A stretch of 64,000 bases of DNA from positions 434,001 to 498,000 of the forward strand of contig JAUFOQ010000006.1 in assembly GCA_040285855.1 (NCBI GenBank), read 5' to 3'. The notes below the pieces were generated by a model, which worked only from the letters and a program-made list of their open reading frames with translations, was not told where the DNA came from and ran no database searches. Each line of letters opens with the position of its first letter. The first letter of the stretch is position 1. Below are positions 1 to 9,087 of the stretch, piece after piece. Source of the stretch: Eukaryota sp. GEM-RC1. Taxonomy: Eukaryota. The translations under genes and the position numbers were made by a program.

Positions 1-217
1 GCAACCCCAGTTGTTGCATTGAAGAAGATTTCACCATTAGCACGCATGAGACGAGATCTGACGTTACTCCACCAGTATTTGAGAGCATGCAAAGATAAGA
101 TTTTCCTGATCCTGCACCACCAGTGACAAAGAAGTTGTGTCTGCTGGTAGTGATTGCGTTAAAGATCTCACGTTGGTCATCTGTGAGAGTGATGTTGTGT
201 ATAGTGGTTGGTGCCAT
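1..217 (-). pseudogene. PIF1: PIF1-family helicase, N-terminal part (runs off the window edge; one frameshift); missing from the ORF track
   Basis: Manual minus-strand translation from ATG at 217 gives MAPTTIHNITLTDDQREIFNAITTSRHNFFVTGGAGSGKSYL/LHALKYWWSNVRSRLMRANGEIFFNATTGVA. It has a Walker A motif and aligns closely with 40643-40927. Confidence 0.85.
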
Positions 218-430
218 TGAGTTGATGGATTGTTTGAGCGCAGGGAAACTTGGTCTTCATCAAATTTCTCTTTCACTTTAAACCATGACTTTATCCAGGG
301 ACTGTATTTCAATGGGAAAATATCAGAAATGCCCACGTTTTTCTTTGGCATTATCAAAAATGTCCACGCACATCTCGTCTATCAAAAATGCCCACATGTA
401 CGATGCTTTATTCGACAGCTACTTGTACTT

Positions 431-790
431 CTATACCTCATCTAAACATCCATTAAGAACCTCGTTTGTAAAATCGATGAATCTTTCCTCATCATCGTAA
501 TCTACAAGATGAACTTCTTCCACTTCGACCTCGTCTCTCTCTTGATCACATACTGCTAACCAACTATCTGCTTTTGTCATTCTTGCTTGTTTAGCTTTCT
601 TGGGGAAGACTCCGTTTCTCTTCTTTTGACGTCTTCCAGGAGTCTTCTGAATAAGAGGAGGATTGATTGTAGGATACTGATTTCTCTTGTTCCACTCTTT
701 TACGGGTGGGATGATAGGTAGTCTGCCTTCGTTGGTTTTTTTGTAGTTAACCAAAGAGTGGACCTCGTCAATAGCTTCCAGAGGTCTCAT
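431..790 (-). pseudogene. MULE/Mutator transposase C-terminal-like fragment
   Basis: INPPLIQKTPGRRQKKR resembles the PP..GRP.K.R motif after the SWIM finger of MULE transposases (compare 56440-57030). An acidic tail follows; no DDE core is visible. Confidence 0.4.
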
Positions 791-805
791 TTTTATCTTT
801 AAATA

Positions 806-953
806 AACAAGATGTGTAACACAAGATCTGTAATACAAGATGTGTTTTACAAGATGTGTAACACAAGATCTGTAATACAAGGTGTGTTTTACAAGATGTG
901 TAACACAAGATGTGTTTTACAAGATCTGTAACACAAGATGTGTTTTACAAGAT
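806..953. repeat. Degenerate minisatellite of ACAAGAT(G/C)TGT(AAC/AAT/GTTTT) units
   Basis: About 10 consecutive ACAAGATGTGT-like units are directly visible. Confidence 0.9.
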
Positions 954-957
954 TTAT

Positions 958-1782
958 TTAGTTACACAGATACTTACAAACATACTTCACTACACTATCA
1001 TTAAACTGCAACAACTCATCACATAAATTATCCACATCAATCTCATCATTTCCTGACATTTTCCAAGTCAAAACATGTTTCAAATCAACAAAATCACTTC
1101 GTTCTAAAATAAAACTAAACAAATTGACAACTCCAGTATAATCATTACAATTACCTTTTGCTAAAACAATGTTAACAAAAATCAAAACAAACTTTGAAAC
1201 AGACAAGCAATAATCATTGTCCTCAAGTAATAGCAACAATTTATCCTCAATCTTTTTAAAATAAACAAGTCTTAAATGACCATCATCATGAAGTGAACTT
1301 TGGAGGAGTGCAGGAATTAATAAAGTTGTAGAAGATCGAGAACTATGACAAAATAATATACCAACTAAACAAGCAAAACTATTGATCAGCAAATGCAAAT
1401 GCTTCAAAAACAAACAAGTATCATCATTGAGACAACAATGAAGAAGAATATCAATTAAACCTGTCCAGTTGAGAAAACTGTTGAGTAGAGGCGTGAACTG
1501 CCAAAGATGAGATACTCTGATTAAGACTTCCTCAACATTAGAAGTTTCTGATGAAGGGTAGAACAGAGTTGACACAAGATCTTTTAAGGAAGTTGATATA
1601 GATGTGGTCACAAAATCATCTCCTAACGAAGTACAATGACAACAATTGCATAAGGTTATCAAACTTCTGTTGCAGTGTTCATGAAACTGTGCTAACAGAC
1701 TTGACATCACTTCAAGAGAAGATTCGTTCAAAGACATTGAGATTCCGATGAAGGAGAATTTGTTTCCCGGCAAAATTTGCAT
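958..1782 (-). CDS. Unknown Leu/Cys-rich protein 'Y' (paralog at 39391-40184)
   Basis: 274-aa ORF. LLAQFHEHCNRSLITLCNCCHCTSLGD parallels CMAKFFETYLIQQIQACGCIKCMAIGE at 39391, and the C-termini are also similar. Confidence 0.6.
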   Translation of the reverse strand: MQILPGNKFSFIGISMSLNESSLEVMSSLLAQFHEHCNRSLITLCNCCHCTSLGDDFVTTSISTSLKDLVSTLFYPSSETSNVEEVLIRVSHLWQFTPLLNSFLNWTGLIDILLHCCLNDDTCLFLKHLHLLINSFACLVGILFCHSSRSSTTLLIPALLQSSLHDDGHLRLVYFKKIEDKLLLLLEDNDYCLSVSKFVLIFVNIVLAKGNCNDYTGVVNLFSFILERSDFVDLKHVLTWKMSGNDEIDVDNLCDELLQFNDSVVKYVCKYLCN

Positions 1783-3212
1783 GAACTCATCAACAAACGT
1801 TCTGTCTCGGAAACGTCGTCTTTCTGCTTATCAGAGGAAGTATGCATCTAAACATCAAGATGTATACAATGTCTTTTCTTTTACTGAGACCAAATCAACT
1901 CCTTCAACTTCACCTTGCAATCTCGGAATCAATGGAGATTATATCTTAATCACCCGAGCTGCTGATAGTACTTCTCATATCGCAGTGTCCACCAACAATA
2001 CAACATGGTTTAAAAATGTTGTTGGTGATAATCTTAAGGAAAACATTGAATTCTTTATTAACAAAGAAACTCATATTCTTGAAGAAAAGAATGGTACCAC
2101 TAATTCCTTGTCATCTCAAAATTTATATAATGTTTTGATTCAAGATCAATCTGACTCAGCAATAGACTTGTCTGATCTTGCAGAACATGAACAACATCAA
2201 AAAGTTTCATGTTCTGTAAGACTTGCTAAGATGAAGAAGTCTAAATCTCCAAAGTCATTTTGTTTTGGTTTTAAGCGAGTCATCCGTAGATCTCATAAGA
2301 ACTGATGGTGAAAGCAATGTTATACATCGTCTTGAATCTGTCTATGATTTTTACCCTACAAGTGAGAAAATTAGTCTGGTAGACTGTATTTTCATTGAAG
2401 CATTTGCATTATTTTTGTGTATCACAAATGATGGAACGTGTATAGGTATAAGTGCAAAACAAAAAGAAATCTCATTTTGTATATCTACGGGCATACAAGA
2501 GCCATGTCAACTATTGTTTTTTCATACTTCAATGACAATTGGAATTGTTGATGTGTCAGGAGAAGTGATGACTTTGTGTCGTTCTGGTGGTAATACAACT
2601 TTGGAACAAATTGATTTCCAATCATATTGTAGAAGTTTGGATAAATCATCAAACCCAAACAAACTATCACCAGCTGAAGGACCTCCTATTCAACTGAAAG
2701 GAAAAAAGTTCAACCTTGTTCATTGCAAATTTGCGGATATCAATTCAATTTTGAAAAGGTTATTACATGGTATCCTCCAAACAAGGAAGTTACCCCATGA
2801 AAAAATTGCTGTATTGTTTAAATCTAGACAAGATGTACTGACGTATCGCAGTTTGTTTAGTGAAGAAACCAAGAACGGTACCATTAATGCCCTCCAATTT
2901 GCCAGTAGCAAAACCAAACCTGTCACTCAAAGTGCTTATAATTTCACAATGAACCAGTTCAACACGAAACCAAACTCCGTATTGTTTGCTAATTGGGGAA
3001 TTTTGGAAAAATTTTCCGAATTTAGGTGTCAGATATCAATTATTATTGATCTTCCAGATACGCCATCAACATTTTTTTTTATTCAACAAAGAACTGAAAA
3101 CGCACTGTTTGTTATCATGGGTAACAAACAACCCCAAAGCAAAAAGTGGAATACTTTCCACGAGTTTTTGAGGCAAAATCTTACAGATGTGGAATACAAA
3201 ATGAGGGAATAG
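1781..3212 (+). CDS. Unknown protein 'X' with a degenerate DEAD-box/SF2 helicase C-terminal-like domain (frameshift near 2265)
   Basis: ORFs 1748-2305 and 2265-3212 overlap. The N-terminal KHQDVYNVFSF...NGDYILI is shared with 38713-39348. The C-terminal KIAVLFKSRQDV...VLFANWG...IIIDLPDTPSTFFFIQQRT resembles a HELICc domain lacking canonical residues. Confidence 0.55.
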
Positions 3213-3630
3213 TCTTTATTCATTTTTTCGTTCTTTATAAATTTTTTTGTTCTTAGTTTTTATGGTTAATTCTACACCTCAGACAGTGACTTACGTGATC
3301 TTATTTATTTGTACATCTATTGTTTTCACTACTCGCAGTACTTAGGTAAATCTTACATGCAGTCGTTATAACTTTTAACATACTGTAGGTTAGTAAATTG
3401 ACATCAATGTTGGTTTGTTTCAATCCATACAGTACAGTACTATGTTTGTGTATACATGATGTCATTAGAATTATTCGTTCATCACATGTCGTTAAAATAA
3501 ATTGAATGTATGTCAGGTGTATTGTCAAATTGAAGATGTCGCAAAAAGTCAACTGTAGTCCAGATCAGTTTACAGATACTCTTCATCATTACTCTCGCAT
3601 GCATGTTTAGCGGGATGAGGTCCTCTCGCT

Positions 3631-3910
3631 CTCCCCCTCCGTGTCAATTCCCCTCCAATGAACTACACACACATACTTAAAAATAAGAGCTATGCCGTGT
3701 GTGGTTCTTCTCTCGCTGACGGTACAGTTTCTCCCCTCCGTGTCAATTCCCCTCCAATGAACTACACACACATACTTAAAAATAAGAGCTATGCCGTGTG
3801 TCGTTCTTCTCTCGCCTGACGGTACAGTTTCTCCCCTCCGTGTCAATTCCCCTCCAATGAACTACACACACATACTTAAAAATAAGAGCTATGCCGTGTG
3901 TGGTTCTTCC
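3631..3910 (+). repeat. About 2.8 tandem copies of a ~100-bp unit at the 5' end of the 2A/Fanzor ORF
   Basis: CTCCCCTCCGTGTCAATTCCCCTCCAATGAACTACACACACATACTTAAAAATAAGAGCTATGCCGTGTG recurs at ~3631, ~3731 and ~3831. Confidence 0.95.
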
Positions 3911-3970
3911 TTGCGAAGTGTTTTAGACCTCTCTTGTACAGTTTTCTCCTCCCGTCCCACATTCAAAGAA

Positions 3971-4012
3971 GATCTCACCATGGATGGTGACGTGGAATCC
4001 AATCCAGGGCCA
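3971..4012 (+). other. 2A-like ribosomal skipping (StopGo) peptide DLTMDGDVESNPG|P
   Basis: Exact match to the D(V/I)ExNPGP consensus, in frame in ORF 3791-4198. Confidence 0.9.
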
Positions 4013-5298
4013 GTTTCTCAAGAAGCTTTAGATTGTTTGCAACCTGATCATTTGGTAGATGATGAAGTCTTTGTTGAGTTTTCTAGATCCATATTTCAAA
4101 CATATTTCGAACTACAAGCATCTAGTGTTGATTTCGATGATCTTTTTATTCAACCTGCTCTTTTAAAAGGATATTATCTTTTCCTGATTTATCGTTAGAT
4201 GTTTTTATCAATGACAAAGTCAATGTCACTAAGGCAAAAGGATACAACTATCTCATAATCCCACTAAATGATTCCATGACAGAACCGGCCAATGATGGAA
4301 CTCACTGGGGGCTAATTATTGTCGATTGTGTGCGTTTGGAAGGTATATTTATTGATCCAAAGTGTGATTCAGATTCTTCAATAGAATCTTCGTCTTTGAA
4401 ACAGATATTCAATATAGTTGAAACAACTTTTGGAACTTATAATCTCAAACCAGTTCCTGTTGCATCCAAGCAAACTTTAAACGATGGTGGAATTTATGTC
4501 CTAAAATATATAGAGAAATTTGTTGAACTTTTGTCACAATTACGAACAATCCCTGGGCTGTATTTGGAATCCAAATTGCTTGAAATAGCCAACATAAACA
4601 CTGTAGAAGTTCGACAAGAGATTCAGAACCGTTTGAGTCGAACAGAGACTAAACCCAAAAAAGTTGTTTCTGATGAGACTTTGACCTCTGTGGAACCGAA
4701 TAACTGGGTCGATGATGAAGTTATACGACTATATTGTAAGAAATTATTTGAAATTTATGGTTAAGATTGGACTTCTTTTATCCCCCCTTCAGTGATGAAG
4801 TATTACATTACTAGTAACAATCTGTTTTCTTTTCTACTTGATAAAACTCTCGAATGTTTAAATCGAGGCAACAGATTTCTTATTGTTCCGTTGAATGATG
4901 GATTTACAGAACCAACACAATCTGGTATTCATTGGGGTTTGATTATCATTGATTGCTAAATCAGGAACTGGATGTTTATTGACCCATATTACGATACTGG
5001 TGATTTTGTACAGGATGGAAATATTATCAAGACTTCTCTGCTGACAAATGTCCTTTCTATAGTTGTATCAGTTCTTAGCATTCTTGAATTCGAACCAATT
5101 GTTTTTCCTGTTACGCGAAAGCAGACGCCCAATGATTGTGGAATCTATGTTATAGAGTATATTCATCAATTTTTGAACAATCTAAGTGAACTTCCAAGCC
5201 TGTCTCATGCTGAATCGTTGTTGCTTAATATGGAAATTGATGCTCTTGCTGTTCGAAACGAAATCTACTCGTATCTTGAATCACTTAATCCACCAGAG

Positions 5299-5352
5299 GA
5301 AGAAGAAGAAGAAGAAGAAGAAGAAGAAGAAGAAGAAGAAGAAGAAGAAGAA
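5299..5352 (+). repeat. (GAA)n microsatellite encoding poly-Glu
   Basis: About 18 GAA repeats. Confidence 0.95.
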
Positions 5353-5431
5353 CAGCTAATGAAGAAGAATTGTCTATTAGGTTAACAGATCTACCACCAA
5401 AATTACAAGCATCTATTTCTTTATATCCACC

Positions 5432-5522
5432 TGATACCGTTTGGCTACAAAGGGTAGGGAAAAGATGTTTATAAATAAAATAATATGATCTTGTAACACT
5501 TCACTAACACCTGTGGCTAACA
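5432..5522 (-). repeat. 3' LTR of family A (91 bp)
   Basis: Identical to 24820-24910; preceded on the minus strand by the polypurine tract GAAAGAAGAGAAGAGG. Confidence 0.95.
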
Positions 5523-6995
5523 TTACCTCTTCTCTTCTTTCGAGCTCCTAGTTCTCTTTGCTACAGGTGTCTTAACTTTGGAAGACGTCTTAGGAGTACT
5601 CTTACTACTGGAGGTACGTTTAAGCTTAGTGTTGTTATTACTAGACCTGTTTCTATTGTTACGAAATAAATCTAAATTGTCTAATTTTACAAAGTCACTA
5701 TACGCTTTGGTGTTCTTGATGTCCTTGATGGGAACTGATGAAGTATCACCACCAAACCAAAGTACAGTGCAGAATTCACCATCGGGTGTATCAAACCTAT
5801 CTAGGATCTTAACCACGATGTGTTCTTCAGAATTCCCAGAAGCAATTGCTCTGTGGAGATCATGATCAGCAGGTAGATCTGATTGAAAGATCTTACATTG
5901 ATGAATGCTAGTCTTACTAACATATCCAGTGATCAGATTCTTTAATGAAACAGAAGATTTTGAATCAACTGAGACAACTAGAAAAGGTCCAGTGTAGTTT
6001 CCATGGAGCTTACTAGTTTTGGCGACCTCTAACACAAGATCTCCAATCTTAAATGATTGACTAGTGTTAAACTTCTTCTTAGGCTTGAGTACTGATTGAC
6101 GATCATCTGCATCTTCTCTTTTTTTTGTTAAACGTTCTAGTTTCATTTTAATGTCGTTAATAAACGGAACATTCTTTGTCGATTTCTCAACAGCATCTAG
6201 TAAACCACTAGGATCTGCACCAGGACTTATGTCACTACCAAACATCAGTTCGTAAGGAGTATGCCCAGTTATTGAACTCTTTGTTGCGTTGATCTGCAAC
6301 TGTACAGTTGGAATGTACGTTGACCAATTGTCATAATCATTGAAGTCCACAAGAAGACGACGTAGGCTTTGCAGAACGTCTCTGTGACGTCGTTCCACCA
6401 GTCCATTACTCTGGGAGAAATGAGGAATCGAACGACTTACTTCAATCGTCAGTAGGTTACATATTGCCTCGAAAATAGCATTGGCAAACTCCGTACCATT
6501 ATCACTATGGATACAAAACGGTATTCCGAAGATAGCAATCACATCCCACACAAGACGATATGCTACTTCTCTACTGTTGAGTTCTTCGAGGGGGCTCAGA
6601 ATGGTGTATCTGGTGAAAGAATCTACAAACACCAATAGGAATTGGTTTCCATTTTGATCTTTTGGAAGTGGACCGATTGTGTCGACATTAAGTCTAGCAA
6701 AAGGTCTATCAGCCCATAGAGAACCCGTCGATTCAATTATCTTTTTTAGGGATAGGTGCCGTTTTCTGACACGCAGGGCATTGCTGAACATGTTTTATCA
6801 TGTCAGCTTTCATACTCTGGCCAAAAGTAACCACTATTGAACAATATTTCCAAACTTCGTTTCTTGTTTGGGTGTCCTGACTGGACTAAGCCATGTAGCA
6901 TGTAAAGAACTTTCTTTATTAAGCTAGATGGAATCAAAATCTTGTTCTTTGAGTTCATGTATACATTACTCATTGTACACAAAATTGAACCATTA
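5523..6995 (-). CDS. Family A integrase (HHCC, DDE, GPF motif, degenerate chromodomain); frameshift near 6800
   Basis: LHGLVQSGHP..FWP, VDTIGP, SDNGTEF, NGLVERRHR, GPFLV, and EEHIVVKILD...CTVLWFG. The stop codon abuts the LTR. Confidence 0.92.
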
Positions 6996-7079
6996 TGTAA
7001 GTATATAATAGCTAATAGCAATCATAAACTATCTTAATTTCACTCCATACTTTCGTATGTCTTCTAACACAAAGCATCA
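6996..7079 (+). repeat. 5' LTR of family B (84 bp)
   Basis: TGTAAGTATATAATAGC...ACAAAGCATCA; copies at 13074 and 19578. Confidence 0.95.
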
Positions 7080-9087
7080 ATATATATTGGCTTCTAATGC
7101 CAAGAAGAAACTCTCCCCAGATGAACTATCTGCTCTGTTTGGTGGAGTACCTTCTTCGGAAGGGTTAGGGAAACTCCCCCTCCCAAAGAGCAAGGGCTCC
7201 TCGAAGAGAACCAAGCGAAAACCCCAGCCTGCCGAGCCGGAAATATCCGACTTTGCCGTTCATCCTCCCCTCGGTGTTTCGGATACCTCCAAATCCTCTC
7301 CTGAAAAGGATGGAGGTACTTCAAAACCCTCTCCTGAAAAGGATGGAGGTACCAAATCCTCTCCTGAAAAGGATGGAGGTACTTCAAAACCCTCTCCTGA
7401 AAAGGATGGAGGTACCAAATCCTCTCCTGAAAAGGATGGAGGTACTCCTAAACCCTCTCCTGAAAAGGATGGAGGTACCAAATCCTCTCCTGAAAAGGAT
7501 GGAGGTACTCCTAAACCCTCTCCTGAAAAGGATGGAGGTACTCCCAACATCTCTCCAGAAATGGATACGAGAACTTCCCACATCAAAACTTCCCCTAACA
7601 AAGGTAAGAAGGTCGGGAAGAAGTTGGGTAGATCAAAGCCTGTCTCAAGGTCCAAATCCAGACCCAAGAAAGACAGAGGCTCCCCCATGTTCCGTAAGCT
7701 AACGAGTACGGCTACTAACAGTCTGATCAGCAAGTATATCCCATCGTATGATGAGGAAGACCTCACTTTGACAGACCTCCATGTGACTAGCCCGGAAAGT
7801 AGTAGCTCATCTCTAGTGGAAGTTAGTCCAGCTTCTCTAGTAGACGTCAGTTCAGACGACGGACTTCCCCCTCCTTCCTCCAAGTCGGTTCCCATTGAAA
7901 CTGGTGACAAAATGATTGAGCGCCTCATTCGAGAAAATCATGAGTTGAAGCTCTCTATGTTAGAACTTATCAGCGAAGTCAGGGCTGATAGGAAGAAACA
8001 ACCCTCACATCCAGTCATTCCTCCAGTGAAGCCCAAGAAAAAGGTCACAGCAGGCAGCATCCAGACTATCGGTACTGATGATCAGTTGCCAAGTATAGCT
8101 CTGCCATCGGCCTTCTCCACCTCCAGAGTCGATTTTTCCTCTGTCGAGGATCCAGCCGGATTCACCGAATCTGCAACCGGCCACATCTCTCCCCAGAACG
8201 CAGCCTTCGCCGAGCTTGAGAAAGAATCTCGCCGGGAAGCTAAGCTCAAACCCCCGTACCTCCAGAAAACGGATCCCCTTTCATGCTACAACTTCGCTCT
8301 TGAATGGAGAAGATACTTTAGAGCTAGAGGACGTGGCATTGATGCTGCTAAGCATCTCCATGACTTAGAAAACCAAGTGCAAGCTTGGCGATCAATCGCT
8401 GATCCTAAAACCATGGATGAACTCCTTTCCCCGTTTGAAGATCAACTCTCAATCAACAAACCAACTCATGGTGAGCCCCTCCATGGATTGGATCTCGCAA
8501 GAGACCTCCTCTTAAATGTGGATATCCGCGGCTTACAACTGCATGTTGATCCCTTAATCCTCACCTCCTGGAAGAATGATGGGACTATCCCCACATTCTT
8601 GAACAATTGGTACATCTGGGAACGTATCATCTTGAACACCCAGGCCGAAAATCCTCGTCAAGGAGAAGCCTTGATTGCTAACTGTATGATGGACTGGTCA
8701 CAGAACAGAAGGTTCAGGTCCAATCGGGAACGGTGGGACGATTATCTACGTCGTTTCACCAGAGTTGCCAACGCCTGCACTCTAATCCCCATCGACGAAA
8801 AGCATTCATACAGCTTTGACGTTCGTCTCATGATGAAACATTTCGCAAGGAACGTTGGAATCCCCATCGTTTTCCATGACGTCGAGTATTTTTTCAAGGA
8901 CAAGGAAATATTCAAAGAATACACCACCAACGAGATCATCAAGAACATCAAGGATCGTTATCTCAACTGGTGTAGTCAACACCCAAACTTGGATCCAGCC
9001 AGTCTTGCCTTAGCTGACCAACGTATCTTGGATGATACAAGAATCTCCACCCCTCCCCCTCACCGACAGTGGAATCGCCGACATTAG
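7057..9087 (+). CDS. Family B Gag-like ORF1
   Basis: 676-aa ORF starting inside the LTR and preceding pol; contains SPEKDGGT repeats. Confidence 0.8.
   Translation: MSSNTKHQYILASNAKKKLSPDELSALFGGVPSSEGLGKLPLPKSKGSSKRTKRKPQPAEPEISDFAVHPPLGVSDTSKSSPEKDGGTSKPSPEKDGGTKSSPEKDGGTSKPSPEKDGGTKSSPEKDGGTPKPSPEKDGGTKSSPEKDGGTPKPSPEKDGGTPNISPEMDTRTSHIKTSPNKGKKVGKKLGRSKPVSRSKSRPKKDRGSPMFRKLTSTATNSLISKYIPSYDEEDLTLTDLHVTSPESSSSSLVEVSPASLVDVSSDDGLPPPSSKSVPIETGDKMIERLIRENHELKLSMLELISEVRADRKKQPSHPVIPPVKPKKKVTAGSIQTIGTDDQLPSIALPSAFSTSRVDFSSVEDPAGFTESATGHISPQNAAFAELEKESRREAKLKPPYLQKTDPLSCYNFALEWRRYFRARGRGIDAAKHLHDLENQVQAWRSIADPKTMDELLSPFEDQLSINKPTHGEPLHGLDLARDLLLNVDIRGLQLHVDPLILTSWKNDGTIPTFLNNWYIWERIILNTQAENPRQGEALIANCMMDWSQNRRFRSNRERWDDYLRRFTRVANACTLIPIDEKHSYSFDVRLMMKHFARNVGIPIVFHDVEYFFKDKEIFKEYTTNEIIKNIKDRYLNWCSQHPNLDPASLALADQRILDDTRISTPPPHRQWNRRH
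7291..7542 (+). repeat. Eight 30/33-bp coding tandem repeats (SPEKDGGT)
   Basis: CCTCTCCTGAAAAGGATGGAGGTAC occurs 8 times. Confidence 0.95.

Larger units (their letters stand above)
3791..5431 (+). pseudogene. 5' part of the Fanzor polyprotein: 2A peptide, two Ulp1/SENP8 (C48)-like protease domains, poly-Glu; interrupted by an LTR element at 5432
   Basis: Domain 1: LQPDHLVDDEVF...IIPLNDS..GTHWGL..FIDP..KQTLNDGG. Domain 2: VEPNNWVDDEVI...IVPLNDG..GIHWGL..FIDP..KQTPNDCGIYV. Frameshifts near 4165 and 5352; TAA at 4762 and 4957. Confidence 0.85.

Noticed and set aside
3600..3700. HDV-like or hammerhead ribozyme at the 5' end, as in L1Tc
   Set aside because: Only a short hairpin (AGCGGGA/TCTCGCT) is visible; the nested pseudoknot and catalytic core could not be built by eye.
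3631..3910. CRISPR-like array or guide array beside an RNA-guided nuclease
   Set aside because: The units are contiguous near-identical ~100-bp repeats with no unique spacers, the context is eukaryotic, and there are no cas genes.
6803..7021. Separate 72-aa gene
   Set aside because: It is part of family A pol; its first residues come from the inserted family B LTR.
7094..7928. Antisense and alternate-frame ORFs over the Gag repeat (7094-7387, 7253-7702, 7260-7928, 7384-7581)
   Set aside because: They are by-products of a stop-poor tandem repeat.
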